Both the position numbers and the translations under genes were made by a program. A DNA stretch of 63,212 nucleotides, filler included, from Octopus bimaculoides (Eukaryota), in assembly GCF_001194135.2 (NCBI RefSeq). It is 7 parts of 6 records of this genome, joined end to end, with 100 filler letters (N's around TTAATTAATTAA, not from the genome) between each part and the next. Parts side by side here need not be neighbours in the genome. Positions count along the whole stretch, not along the records: positions 7,948 to 22,279 come from NC_068982.1; positions 22,380 to 28,583 come from NC_069006.1; 5 more parts are not named here. One strand, given 5' to 3'. Below, one piece after another: positions 10,874 through 24,999 of this stretch (position 1 is its first letter; every line of letters starts with the position of its first letter). The notes under the pieces are model-generated. The model ran no database searches, was not told the origin of the DNA, and was given only the letters and a program-made list of their open reading frames with translations.

Positions 10874-12419
10874 NNNNNNNNNNNNNNNNNNNNNNNNNNN
10901 NNNNNNNNNNNNNNNNNNNNNNNNNNNNNNNNNNNNNNNNNNNNNNNNNNNNNNNNNNNNNNNNNNNNNNNNNNNNNNNNNNNNNNNNNNNNNNNNNNNN
11001 NNNNNNNNNNNNNNNNNNNNNNNNNNNNNNNNNNNNNNNNNNNNNNNNNNNNNNNNNNNNNNNNNNNNNNNNNNNNNNNNNNNNNNNNNNNNNNNNNNNN
11101 NNNNNNNNNNNNNNNNNNNNNNNNNNNNNNNNNNNNNNNNNNNNNNNNNNNNNNNNNNNNNNNNNNNNNNNNNNNNNNNNNNNNNNNNNNNNNNNNNNNN
11201 NNNNNNNNNNNNNNNNNNNNNNNNNNNNNNNNNNNNNNNNNNNNNNNNNNNNNNNNNNNNNNNNNNNNNNNNNNNNNNNNNNNNNNNNNNNNNNNNNNNN
11301 NNNNNNNNNNNNNNNNNNNNNNNNNNNNNNNNNNNNNNNNNNNNNNNNNNNNNNNNNNNNNNNNNNNNNNNNNNNNNNNNNNNNNNNNNNNNNNNNNNNN
11401 NNNNNNNNNNNNNNNNNNNNNNNNNNNNNNNNNNNNNNNNNNNNNNNNNNNNNNNNNNNNNNNNNNNNNNNNNNNNNNNNNNNNNNNNNNNNNNNNNNNN
11501 NNNNNNNNNNNNNNNNNNNNNNNNNNNNNNNNNNNNNNNNNNNNNNNNNNNNNNNNNNNNNNNNNNNNNNNNNNNNNNNNNNNNNNNNNNNNNNNNNNNN
11601 NNNNNNNNNNNNNNNNNNNNNNNNNNNNNNNNNNNNNNNNNNNNNNNNNNNNNNNNNNNNNNNNNNNNTATATATTACCATATAAATTTGAATTTGTGCA
11701 AAACAAATAGGAATTATACGAATCTAACTGCGGTTTCTTTCGGTCTTTGCACCATAGCTGCCAACGGTTTGTAAGTAGATAATAACTGAAGGAGGTTAAT
11801 GTTTTCATACGTCAAGGTCTCTTTTTGATATTTATACGGAAGAATTTGTGAATATAAAGGCAATCAAACTTTGAAGATGTTTATTAGTTAGGTTTAGCTA
11901 GATATTAGTGGTGATCGATATGAGGCGTCTGTTGAAGCAGACATCTCACAAATGCTCTATGATTTTCATACCACTTAAAATTATTGGCCTTAACTAAATT
12001 GACACATGTGGCTATTAATATCGTGTTTGTCACATGGTTTCGAAATATACTGCGAACTATGTTAGAAAACATATGTTAAGTCTGGTATAAAAATCTTTTC
12101 GCTAAATAAGTCAATCACATTCCGAGAATTCCATGTCAATTGAAAACGTAACATATATAGTGCGGGTAAGTAATTCTGGACGCATTTCATCGAGTTATTT
12201 CTCAGCCTAATATTCTAATTTGTTGGGAAGGCTGTGGAATTGCCGAGTGATCGTAAAACTTACAGAATAAAATGGAGAAATTGTTTTACAATTCATTAGT
12301 ACACAATAGTTTAACGATGGAATATAACACTTACAATTTGCTGTTTGCTGGTATAGATATAAATACACACACACACATATATATCTACGTGTGTGCGCGA
12401 GCGCGCGTATATGAGTGTG

Positions 12420-12735
12420 GTGTGTTTTATTGGCTAAGGCTAAGGTGTCCAGATCGTTAAGTCATGTGTTCGATTTCTGGCGGTGCATTTTGATTTTTTG
12501 AGTAAGACACTTTTTACTTTGTTACTTCCGTTCACTCAGCTGACAAAAATGAGTTGTACCTGTAATTCAAAGATCCAACCTTTTCACACTCTGTGTTACG
12601 CAGAATCTCCCTGAGAACTTCGTAAAGTGTAGGCGTGTCTTTGGAGTGTTCAGTCACTTGCACGTTAATTTCAGGAGCTGTTCTGTTAATGGGATCGACT
12701 AGAACACACATTCTCGTAACCGACGGACTGATCAG
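12420..12735 (+). mobile_element. Diverged tRNA-derived SINE (S3-like)
   Basis: GTGTTCGATTTCTGG head remnant, then TTTTGAGTAAGACACTT...TTCACTCAGCTGACAAAAATGAGT. Confidence 0.6.
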
Positions 12736-15410
12736 TCATGTATATGCGTGTGTGTATATGTATATGCATATATATGGATGTATATAAACATGTAAATATA
12801 TGTGTATGTCAATGCATGTGTGTGTGTGTATGTGTGCGTGTGTGAGTATGAGTCTGTGTGTGTGTGTGTAAAAGATGTGAAGGATGGAAGTAGCAAAGTA
12901 GCATGCAACATATAGAGCGCGATTTATGGTTTTCTATTACGTTCCTCGTGTTATTTTCAAAGTTATGTCGATGTGAATGCACGTTCATTTTTAAACACTT
13001 GGAAGCAAACTAGGACACATGTTGTTTTTTTTTTATTTTCATTTAGAAATATTTGATCGGCATTGTTCATTTCGTATCACGTTGGTATTGGAATCACTAA
13101 CCAACAGCAGATAATTCATGTAAACATTTCTAAGTTTTAATGACTGCTTGATATTAGTCTCGTTGAGTGATCGATGCTCCTGAAAAAATCTACACTAATC
13201 TAACAGCTTGCATTATGGAGGTATTTCGCATTGTTAAGTTGGGATAAAAACAAATGACTCCGAATATCCTATTCCTGATATACCGCACTATATTGCACTA
13301 CACTATGCAGGCTGCACACAGAGAGATTACTGTCTTATATTTCCATAATACAATGACCCTATAGACTCACTAAGCATATGGGCATCAAGCACCAAACAAT
13401 GGTGACTAAGTAGGGTTATATCCAACCTTCTTTAACATGTGGAGGGATTTCATCTACTGTCTGCTTTGACTGCTTTGTCACTGTATCGTGTGAACATGAC
13501 TCTCAGAGAGACTTTAAACTCGGTAAATCACTCTCGAGTGCAGAAACCATTTCGCATTACCCCTGACTCGGGCAAAAATGTAGCTGGCACGCCAATTGAC
13601 ATTTTTATCCGTTCCTGTTTTAACACATAGAGTGCTTTCACGAAACATCTCTAGTCACGGACATATCATTGCAAGTACGTGACCATAAATAACGAATGAA
13701 CATTATTTTATGTTATTCCGTGTGCAGGACAGAAGTTAATTCGCACCAGCTCATGAATCATGCATTTCAATTTCATAGTATGTAGCGTGTGTATATGCAT
13801 AGAAATACGTATATATATATATATATATATATATATATNNNNNNNNNNNNNNNNNNNNNNNNNNNNNNNNNNNNNNNNNNNNNNNNNNNNNNNNNNNNNN
13901 NNNNNNNNNNNNNNNNNNNNNNNNNNNNNNNNNNNNNNNNNNNNNNNNNNNNNNNNNNNNNNNNNNNNNNNNNNNNNNNNNNNNNNNNNNNNNNNNNNNN
14001 NNNNNNNNNNNNNNNNNNNNNNNNNNNNNNNNNNNNNNNNNNNNNNNNNNNNNNNNNNNNNNNNNNNNNNNNNNNNNNNNNNNNNNNNNNNNNNNNNNNN
14101 NNNNNNNNNNNNNNNNNNNNNNNNNNNNNNNNNNNNNNNNNNNNNNNNNNNNNNNNNNNNNNNNNNNNNNNNNNNNNNNNNNNNNNNNNNNNNNNNNNNN
14201 NNNNNNNNNNNNNNNNNNNNNNNNNNNNNNNNNNNNNNNNNNNNNNNNNNNNNNNNNNTATATATATACATGCACACATACACACAAAAGTGCACACATA
14301 CACATACATACACATATATATAAGACCACAAATAACACAAACACATTCCCATAAAACCAAAATCACACAAAATAAACTCACATTACAAATTCCAGAACAT
14401 GTTTTCAAAATTCAAAAGAAAACATATACATATGCACACGAATACATGCACACACATACACTACTAAAACTATACACACACACACTACAAAAAAAAAAAC
14501 ACACCAAACTCTTTAACAAATTTAAACCACGACAAAATATTTAAACACCTACCATTAGTTAATGATGATGTCACACACCATAATAACATACACACACAAC
14601 ACGACAATACACACGACACGATGACAAACAAACACACACATACACGCAACACAATTGCACACACAACACGATAACACACACGCACACAAAGCATCCCCTA
14701 AAAACGCCACCACAATATAAAAACATATACAAAACATATTTCCAAAAAGCAACACACATACATAACACACATACACACAGACAAAACAACATACACACAC
14801 AGCTGGCCAGAACTACTGACCATATCATCTCAAGAGAGAGAACAGGAAAATGAAAAATGCTTTGACAATACATCCCAAACACACACACACACAGCAAAGT
14901 AAATGGAAAACAAATCATTTCTACCAAATTCTTTAAATGACCATCCTTAACAAAACCACTTAACGACTCAGCCATATTTTTTGAATAGAAAAAGAAACAA
15001 AGAAAAACGTTTTCACAACGTATTCCAAACGCCACACACACACATACACACAGATACACACATACACACACACACAAATACACACACACACAAATACACA
15101 CACACACACAGCTGGCCACAACCTTAATAAAAACATACTATTCAATTCAAAAGACTTATTTCCAATCGAATTCCTGAAGCTTGAACTCTTGACACCCACC
15201 ACAAACCTACATAGACAAAACATATATAAGAACTTACTCTAAAATAAAAATTCAGTAAGAATATGGGCACAAACTGTTAACCCCTAATTTTATTTTTTTT
15301 CTCCTTCATTTTCCCAAACGATTCATTTTAATATTTGGTATGTTGAATACATCGAAACCGTTTATATTTTAAATGACTCACTGTAACAAAAGTATTAAGG
15401 AGTGACCACT

Positions 15411-15575
15411 AGGCGCAGGAGAGGGTGTGTGGTAAGTAAGTTGCTTTACCAACCACATGGTTCCAGGTTTAGTCCCACTCCGTGACATCTTCGGCAAGTT
15501 TCTTCTACTAGAGCCTCGGGGCGACCAAAGCTTCGTGGGTGGATTTGGTAGACAGAAACTGAAAGAAGCCCATTG
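15411..15575 (+). mobile_element. SINE S1 5' part running into a (TA)n/N gap
   Basis: AGGCGCAGGA...GGTAAGTAAGTTGCTTTACCAACCACATGGTTCCAGGTTTAGTCCC...GGTAGACAGAAACTGAAAGAAGCCC. Confidence 0.85.
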
Positions 15576-15880
15576 TATATATATACATATATATATATAT
15601 ANNNNNNNNNNNNNNNNNNNNNNNNNNNNNNNNNNNNNNNNNNNNNNNNNNNNNNNNNNNNNNNNNNNNNNNNNNNNNNNNNNNNNNNNNNNNNNNNNNN
15701 NNNNNNNNNNNNNNNNNNNNNNNNNNNNNNNNNNNNNNNNNNNNNNNNNNNNNNNNNNNNNNNNNNNNNNNNNNNNNNNNNNNNNNNNNNNNNNNNNNNN
15801 NNNNNNNNNNNNNNNNNNNNNNNNNNNNNNNNNNNNNNNNNNNNNNNNNNNNNNNNNNNNNNNNNNNATATATATATATA

Positions 15881-16590
15881 TAAGTATAAGCTGTGTTATG
15901 AGCATTTATACAACACATGACCTATAGGTCAACAAACAATTAAAGATCAAGAAGAACAGGCGTTAAAAATGTTAAAATAATTTAGTGATGCATACGATCG
16001 TTTCGAACGTTAATATTAGCCTGTAAATAACATAGTAAAAAAGTTCGAAATTAATTTAATTAAATTGATTGAATATTACTGTTCTCTTCAGTGCGAAGGA
16101 AATAATTCATCAAACAATACATCAGAAAAATATTATATCGTTATAGAAGACTAGAATGAGTGAATGTCACATAGCATATTTCACTTATATAGTCAAATTA
16201 CTGTTCGCCGCATCAGTTTTAATTCATACACAACTAGACTCAACAACACTATCTTAGCATATTTTTATCATTTATAAGATATTATTTATATCCGAATATG
16301 TTATGCGACATTCACTCCATCTAGTCTTCGGTAACAATATATTTTTCTGATGTATTTTTCAAGTAATTTTTCTTTTGTCGCCGAGGAGAACAGTACTATG
16401 CAATTAATTTAATTATAATCAAATTAATTTCTAATTTTTTTACCATGTTAATATTACTGCTCGAAACTATCGTATGCATAGATTAAATTCATTTTATACT
16501 TTTAAGACCTTTTCTTCTCCATCTTTAATTATTTGTTGAGCTTCTATAGGATATGTGTTCTATGAATGCTCATAGCACATCTTACACTTG
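15881..16590. mobile_element. Foldback MITE, ~300-bp imperfect inverted arms around a ~110-bp spacer, TA-flanked
   Basis: 15881-16181 is the reverse complement of 16294-16590 throughout. Example: TAAGTATAAGCTGTGTTATGAGCATTTATACAACACAT vs reverse complement of the right end CAAGTGTAAGATGTGCTATGAGCATTCATAGAACACAT. Confidence 0.85.
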
Positions 16591-16704
16591 TAGAATTTTC
16601 ATATTCGAAAAATTCTAACAATGTAATATTAAGGATCTTTATTAGAAATAGAGCTTTGAAACCAACCAAAGTAAAGGATGAAATAGAACTCAATTTCTTC
16701 TCAC

Positions 16705-16777
<73 letters not shown>

Positions 16778-16789
16778 TGTGTGTGTGAG

Positions 16790-16883
16790 TGTGTGTTTGT
16801 CCCCCCAATATCGGTTGACAAAATATGCTGGTGTGTTTATGTCCCCGTATCTTAGCGGTTCGGCAAATTGTCTGATAGAAGAA
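16790..16883 (+). mobile_element. SINE S1 3' part after a (TG)n tract
   Basis: TTTGTCCCCCCAATATCGGTTGACAAA...CTTAGCGGTTCGGCAAA. Confidence 0.75.
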
Positions 16884-18075
16884 NNNNNNNNNNNNNNNNN
16901 NNNNNNNNNNNNNNNNNNNNNNNNNNNNNNNNNNNNNNNNNNNNNNNNNNNNNNNNNNNNNNNNNNNNNNNNNNNNNNNNNNNNNNNNNNNNNNNNNNNN
17001 NNNNNNNNNNNNNNNNNNNNNNNNNNNNNNNNNNNNNNNNNNNNNNNNNNNNNNNNNNNNNNNNNNNNNNNNNNNNNNNNNNNNNNNNNNNNNNNNNNNN
17101 NNNNNNNNNNNNNNNNNNNNNNNNNNNNNNNNNNNNNNNNNNNNNNNNNNNNNNNNNNNNNNNNNNNNNNNNNNNNNNNNNNNNNNNNNNNNNNNNNNNN
17201 NNNNNNNNNNNNNNNNNNNNNNNNNNNNNNNNNNNNNNNNNNNNNNNNNNNNNNNNNNNNNNNNNNNNNNNNNNNNNNNNNNNNNNNNNTATATATATAT
17301 ATATGAAGATGATTTTATATCCAATTTTCTAAAATGGAACTAGGTTGTGATCAACAAGCATTAATCTACTATACATTTGTGAACAGGTTTTGCATAAAGA
17401 CACATGACTATAAATATTTTCCTCGGTTGAAATCGAATATAATGTATAAGGAAGATTACATTTTTTGTATTTATTAAACTAATCAGAGCCTGCTTCTTCT
17501 CCTTAAAAGTAATCCTATATTTTGTGAATCTATTACACAATCATTTTATATATGTCTTTTATTAATATTCTGTAAAAGTTGACTGATTATCCTTGTTCTT
17601 GTTGTTGTTCATGGTGTTGCTCTGTTGGTTTCGTTGTTGAAATCGTTGCGATGATAATGGTGATTGTCGTTGTTGTTGTTCGTTTGAAGTCTGACAATTG
17701 AGGTGATTCAATTCCTCAGTGATATATTACTTGTTTATTTCCTGTGATAATGCCAGGTTTGAACGAGTTGTGTGAAATCTGATAACAATAAACTACAAGT
17801 TTGTAAATAGATTCAAGGAAACCATAAAACATCCGTAATGCAAAAAGAATGCATTTATTGCTACATCAGTTGTTTAGCGAATCAATGATTTATTGTATAA
17901 CAGCATCAAACATATAACTTTCTTATTTTCGTTAATATTTATAAAAAAAAAAGTCGTCACTGAGTCATATGTATTTAAGTGAAATTATTCCTTAATTTTT
18001 TTAACAAAAATATAGGGAGATGTTCACTTATGCGTGAAGCAAAATCTGAAAGGATTAATAACGTATTTGTTGAAT

Positions 18076-18451
18076 GACATTTTACACTCTAAATTTTCAA
18101 CATATACGATTGAGTTTCAATCGCAATAAGGAACACCTGATACAAACGTTGCATCAGAGGGTTTCAATCCCCAATATTTTCCAATATTTGCAGTCTCCCC
18201 CTTCTAACGTCTTCTGTCTGCAGTAACACGATTTGATTTTTTTATTGACAATTCATATGTGAAATTGTAATTTCTTTTCTGTCGTTTTAAATACAGATCA
18301 AGGTTTCCATTTTATATTTGTAAATAAGAATACGATGACTATGCTAGACTTTTAAGCAAATATACACTCGTGTTTGAAATACAAGTGAATAAGTTCAATT
18401 TTCACCTATTGTGACAAAAGTATTCTAAGTTTCATATTACTGATATCTAGT
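18076..18451 (+). repeat. ~375-bp direct repeat, copy 1 (copy 2 at 20517-20893)
   Basis: GACATTTTACA..AAATTTTCAAC...GTTTCATATTACTGATATCTAGT shared at roughly 90% identity by eye. Confidence 0.9.
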
Positions 18452-19034
18452 CTTTATGTTGACATCTCAAATTTTAAAATTAAATATATACTTGTGTTTG
18501 GAAAGAAATGAAAACATATTGGAACACAGTGTATTTCATGATTTAAATTTACTTCATCTCAATATGCAGTCAAGTTCATAGAAAACGCTAATTACGAAAA
18601 TACTACTTTAACCTTGTGATCAACAATTCAAAATGAAGCGAATTCATTATACAATATAAATGTTTGGCAATAGCTTGTGTTTTATTCACAATTTTTTACA
18701 TGGATAGTAATGTAGATTTCATCTGTGTATCTGTACGAGTAAAACTGACTACACTCTTCACGGTCGGCGAAAGACATCCACTTCAAAATTAAAGTGCAGC
18801 TTGCACTTAACGCACTAATCGATATCACTTTGTAGTTATTATTTCAACGAATGCCAATATCCTTTAATAGTGTGAGCGAAAATTGTCAATAAATTAAAAT
18901 CATATTTGCAGTGAATAAACAGTAACTAAGACAACTGTGAACGTCAATCATACTCGGTGAAAAACTGGGTTCACCCTTGAAATTCAATATATTAAAAGAA
19001 ATAGAATAAGCATGCAGTGAAATGGAAATATTAA

Positions 19035-19382
19035 TATCGGTTTAAAAGTTTTACCCAAGGCCAGTAATTTCGGGGAAGTAGATTATATGAACCCCAATGA
19101 TTAACGACTACTTATTTCATTGATCCTGAAACGATGAATGGCAATACCAGGTGCGGTGGGATTTGAACGCGAATCATACAGACAGACGAAATACCGCTAG
19201 CATCTTGCCGGCGTGTTAACGATTCTACTAGCTCGCCGCCTTAAATATTATTTTCTCCTCTAGGCACAGGGCCTGAAATTTTGGGGGAGGGGGCCAGTCG
19301 ATTAGATCGACTCCAGTACGCTACTGGTACTTAATTGATCGACCCCGAAAGGATGGAAGGCAAAATCGACCTCGGCTGCCTT
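19035..19382 (-). mobile_element. Two adjacent SINE S2 copies (19035-19225, 19250-19382)
   Basis: Reverse complement of S2 head and tail blocks. Confidence 0.75.
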
Positions 19383-20034
19383 AAATATTAATTAATATTT
19401 AACTTTGTTAATCGAAATTAAACTGATCTTTCGTCACAACTGTAGTTAATCCCTATGTGTTTATGTGTTATTAGATTGCTTCTCTGAAGCATCATATATT
19501 TCTAGTAATGAACATTAATTTACGTGCAGTGTGTTTATGAAAAAAGTTAGATAAACAGGAACATTGAAAACCTTATATTTAGTTCAAAACAAATCACAGA
19601 ACACACGGGTTATTTACAGTAACCTATCACACACAAACTTGTATAAACATAAGCCGATAGTGATAAGTCATTAATCTGGTTAGATATTATATTCGATTTG
19701 TTTACTTGTGCCACCAATTCCCTATATTTATATGAGATAGGAATGGTGTGTTTTGTTCACTTTGTGTTTTACATCGATGTAAATGAAAAATATTAACTTC
19801 AAATGGGGTTCAAACAGCATTGCATCACGAATACGTGAGCTATTTCATTCTATTTTTCTTCATCCTTTTACGTTTTTACATTCAGTATGTTATTATTCGC
19901 TAGTATATAGCATACAAGCACTGAGGCAAAAATATATATGCAGTTATCGACCAGTAATACAATCATATACTATACCAGGTACTTGAAGAGTTGTAAATAC
20001 TGCTTTACGAAACATGTATATGCACACACAGAGG

Positions 20035-20146
<112 letters not shown>

Positions 20147-20516
20147 CATCCAGTGAAATCCGTGAAGGTAGGATCAGTAGATCCAGTGGCAATTCAGGTG
20201 GAGTCCTGGCATGTAATTGAGAAGTGGTGCTGAAAGTTCGTGAAGTGGTTCAGATATGCAAGTCCAAAGGCCATGCTGGACCGCTTAAATCTACAAGTTT
20301 TTCCACTTTCTCTCTTTGCTTACTTTTTCCTATTTCTTTCTGTTCAAGAGTGTAGGCTCGAAATGTAAAAGATTTTTTTTCATTTTCCTCGAGCGTCAAA
20401 CTACTACGCCTGTCTTCGTCTTATGTCGTTCTATAAATTTCAGCTATATATATGTATGTGTATATACATGTGTGTGTGTGTGCCTAAATGTATATAACAG
20501 TGGACAGGCAGAAACC

Positions 20517-20893
20517 TGACATTTTACATACCTAAATTTTCAACCTATATGATTGAGTTTCAATCGCAATAAGGAACACCTTATACAAACGTTGCATCAG
20601 AGGGTTTCAATCCCCAATATTTTCCAATTTTTAAAGTCTCCACCTTCTAACTTCCTCTCTCTGCAGTAACACGATTTGGTCTTTTATTGACAATTCATAT
20701 GTGAAATTATAATTTCTTTTCTGTCGTTTTAAATACAGCTCAGGGTTTCCATTTTATATTTGTAAATAAGAATACGAAGACTATGCTAGACTTTTAAGCA
20801 AATATAGACTGGTGTCTGAAATACAAGCGAATAAGTTCAATTTTCACCTATTGTGACAAAGGTATTCTGAGTTTCATATTACTGATATCTAGT
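20517..20893 (+). repeat. ~375-bp direct repeat, copy 2
   Basis: See 18076-18451. Confidence 0.9.
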
Positions 20894-21469
20894 GATCGCT
20901 AGTGATGGCGATGTTTTGCCTCCATTCATCTTCTCACACAGCCTCACACAGAACACGGAGGTCTACATCAAGTGCCCGGAGGACGTAATGCTGCCCTGGC
21001 CCAAGAGGGTAGTTACTGGAAGAATCTATGTCTGGCAACATGACTCTGCACAATGCCACACAAACGTGAGTACCCAGTCATGGCTGTCAAACAATTTCTG
21101 CGGCTACATCTCCCTGTGGCTACCTAAATTCCCAGTCTGCAAGCTCCTTTATTATTAAGTTTGGGGTGCATTTGTGGGAGACACACATAAAAAAAAACTT
21201 TTTGTAATACCAAAGATGAACTGAAGGCAAGGATTAAAACAGCATTCACCAACTTAAAGAAGGGGGCTGTCCAGAAGAGCAACAGGGGATTCCGAAGTCG
21301 TCTGGAGGCCGTGGTTGAAGTTAATGATTTTTTTTTTATTGAATAAATTTACTGTTTAGTATTTCAAGATATTTTTATATAATTTTGGTAAATATATCCG
21401 TTAAAATGAGATGTCAGTACTATTTTCATTTTTGCGTAATTTAGATGACAGTTTGTTCACCGGACCCTA
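20894..21469 (+). pseudogene. 3' half of a maT/DD37D-like Tc1/mariner transposon with right terminus
   Basis: IASDGDVLPPFIFSH...NTEVYIKCPEDVMLPW...YVWQHDSAQCHT...LLYY*VWG...(frameshift)NTKDELKARIKTAFTNL...FRSRLEAVVE. Ends ...TTCACCGGACCCTA|TA. Assignment to DD37D is from family resemblance; this copy has a small deletion and the third D reads Y. Confidence 0.85.
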
Positions 21470-22218
21470 TATATATATATATATATATATACATTAAGTA
21501 AAGGATATCACCAACGAGTGAAAAATACGTAAGCACACGAGAGATAAGTACAAGACAAAATACCAAAAAAATATAAATCCTCGTCAATTGGCGACTGTTT
21601 TACTACTCCTTATTTCGTGCTTTCACCATGACAGGAATACTTCATAAGACAACATCCAGAATTTTTTTAAAATACAAAATTTGTGGAGAGTTAAGTTTTC
21701 GAATGAGGAAAGAACAATAGGGTGGATGTACAGAGTAAACAATCGACGAAGACATACATTAAAGGCCGTTAGGCCAACACAAATTGTAATGGGTAACGCC
21801 TGGGAGAAATTTTGAAAGGATATAGAAGAGAAAAAAATAGAAGAGAAGAAAATAGTAGAAGAGAAGAAAAGGTCAAGAGGTGAGAGATGAGACGTCCAGC
21901 TAGTGAACGTTTCGTCCAGAAAACACAGAGGCGGGATAAATGGCCTGTAGTCACGTGTGAGCAACAGGCAGAGGGGAATGGGGACACGAGGGAAGATGAG
22001 GGAAAGAAACAAAGCGAGTGAGGATACAGGAGAAAGGAGAAAAAAAAACACCGGGAACAGCAAAGAAGGAGAGGGAGAAACGGGAAATGTAGAGGAGTAT
22101 ATGAGAGAAAGGAAAGAGCGTAAAGAATCGCAGAAATTTTATATAAATGTAAGAACTTACTGTGGACAAGGCTGCGTGGCGGTCGATTATAAAGAAATAA
22201 AAATACACATACATACTT

Positions 22219-22279
<61 letters not shown>

Positions 22280-22379
22280 NNNNNNNNNNNNNNNNNNNNN
22301 NNNNNNNNNNNNNNNNNNNNNNNTTAATTAATTAANNNNNNNNNNNNNNNNNNNNNNNNNNNNNNNNNNNNNNNNNNNN
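22280..22379. other. Artificial scaffold-joining spacer
   Basis: 44N-TTAATTAATTAA-44N. Confidence 0.95.
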
Positions 22380-22410
<31 letters not shown>

Positions 22411-23066
22411 CTTCACCAAATACAAACACACAACAACAGACACAAAAGCATGCGAACGTACAACAATCGTGACTAACGAAGCGCAAATACGCCAGCGGCG
22501 CAGCGTCTTAAGCGATGCCAGCTAACATGCTGTTCAGTGATTGGACAGAAACTGACAGAAAAACGGCCTCAAACGTCGGCCATATTTGAACGCATCATAA
22601 ACGAAAGTATATTTGAAGTTAATAAGATAAGTCACGAAAGCTGGCCGTCTTTAGATCGAATTCACGTACAAGTAGTCTTGCTGCTCGCAAGAGATTTTTA
22701 AGACAATAGAGAAGATGGTTATCCTTAACGAGCTTAATTTTGATCTTTCTTGCTTATGTTTCTGTAATATTTTTATATCTGCTGGATTTAAATAATGTTT
22801 CTTATTTTGTTTTGTTTTATTTTATTTTATTTTATTTTATTTTTCATCACTTTTTATTTTGGTTTCCATGTTTTGTTTTGTTGTTGTTGTTGCTTTTTGT
22901 ATATGTGCGCATGCTGTTGAAATATCTGTGCATTTGTACACACATGCGCACACGTGCATATTCAACTAAATAACATGCATATATCATAATATATATATAC
23001 ACAGATATATACATACATAAATATATACACATATATACGCAGTGCATACACGTATGTGTATATACT

Positions 23067-23108
<42 letters not shown>

Positions 23109-23124
23109 NNNNNNNNNNTTATAT

Positions 23125-23156
<32 letters not shown>

Positions 23157-23670
23157 CATAAATAAATTTCTATGTGTATATACACACACACAAACGTGCA
23201 TCTACACATGCACGCATATTCTGTAGTTAAATACACACGCTCGCTCAGATCTGCGCACATGAAATCACGAATGCAAATGCGTGCATCCATGCTCAGACGC
23301 ATACATACGCACGCATTCAGATAACACACACACACACACACAAGTTGTATAGTACCTAGTCACACTCGTGCGTGAGCGGGCGCCTGCATATATATATATA
23401 TATATATGGAATTCTGTTTTCCCTTATAGACACGCTTCTATTCTTTATGAAAGCGTTATATAACTTGAAAGTTTGCTACAAGATGGATGGACGTTAGTTG
23501 TGGTGGTGCTTTCGTGGTGGTACTTGTTTGCCTTTTCTTTTTGTTGTTGTTGTTGTTGCATGATGTTGGGCTTATCATAAGCTTTATAGCTACACCATCA
23601 CCACCACCACCACCACCACTACCGCCGACCTCGGTCGCCGCCACCATCTCCACTGCTACGCCTTTGTCGT

Positions 23671-23790
23671 AGCGCAGGCATGGCTCTGTTGTGGTTACGA
23701 AGCTTGCTTTGCAACCACGTCGTTTCGGGTTCAGTCCCAGAGTGCGGGCCACTGGGCAAGTGACTTTTTCTACTATAACCTCGGAATTCG
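23671..23790 (+). mobile_element. SINE S1 head fragment
   Basis: GCGCAGGCATGGCT...GAAGCTTGCTTTGCAACCACG..TTTCGGGTTCAGTCCC. Confidence 0.7.
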
Positions 23791-24094
23791 GGAGAGGGAA
23801 ACTGTGTGGAAGTCTGTAAAATATGCATACATATTTCTATGTCCTGCCACAGGTTGGTAAATATAAAATTAGGCAGCAGAGGTTTAGCCAACGTCTTCAC
23901 ACGACGTACTTTGCGAATCTACCAAAACACTCTTTCCGTCTGCTCCCGACCACAACACTGGGGTCGATGTAATCGACTAGTCCCCCTCCCCTCAAATGGC
24001 TGCTCTTGTGGTAAAATTTCAAACCATAATTATATATATATCTACAATCATATTTTCCTATGTCTGAAATCTAATTTTGAACTATTTAAAAGCC

Positions 24095-24320
24095 AGCTCG
24101 GTGTCGAACTGGCTGAATCGTTAGCACAGCGGACAACATGTCCAACGGAACTCCGTCAGTCCTCTTCCTGTTCTGAGTTCAAATTCCACCGAGGTCGATT
24201 TCGGTTTCATCCTTTTTGGGGTTGATGAAATAAGTACCTGTTGAACACAGGGATCAGTGTCATCAACTGGCCCCTTCCAACCAAAATTCAGGCCTTTGTA
24301 CCTACCAGAGAAAGGATAAT
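24095..24320 (+). mobile_element. SINE S2
   Basis: CGAACTGGCTGAATCGTTAGCAC...GAGTTCAAATTCCACCGAGGTCGATT... Confidence 0.8.
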
Positions 24321-24621
24321 TTTACATATTTAAACAAAAGTCACCCGACAGTAAATCAAAATTCCATAAATACTATTTGTAATTCTGTATTGACTCGAAT
24401 GGAGAAATGCTGTCGCTCAAGAAGGACTTCAGTTTGAACAATTTTCATGAAGTTTCATATTTCGATGCTTTTATTAAATTCATTCAGTTGTTAAAACATA
24501 AATAAGTCTTCGAATTAAATAGATTTGATTTACTGTCGGCTGACGTTTGGCCAACCCTGTATGGCTAAGAAATTTTTATCGATATAAAATCATATTTTTA
24601 CATGTCTAAAATGTTTTCACA

Positions 24622-24654
<33 letters not shown>

Positions 24655-24656
<2 letters not shown>

Positions 24657-24995
24657 CGTTCTTTTATTTGTTTCAGTCATTTGACTACGGCCATGCTGGA
24701 GCATCGCCTTAAAGGGTTAGGGTTACTTATTCTATCGTACTTTTTTGCCGAACTGATAAGTTACGGGGACATAAACACACCAGCATCGGTTGTCAAGCGA
24801 TGGTGGAGGAACAAACACGTACATACACACACATATATATAAGATGGGCTTCTTTCAGTTTCCGTCTACCAAATCCACTCAAAAGGCTTTGGTCGACGTG
24901 AGACTAAAGTAGAAGATATTTGCCCAAGGTGCCACGCAATGGGACCGAACCCGTAAACATGTGGTTTGGAAGCTAGCTTCTTACCACACAGCCAC
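24655..24995 (-). mobile_element. SINE S1, full length
   Basis: Reverse complement of both S1 blocks with a short internal (TA)/(CA) tract. Confidence 0.8.
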
Positions 24996-24999
24996 GATT

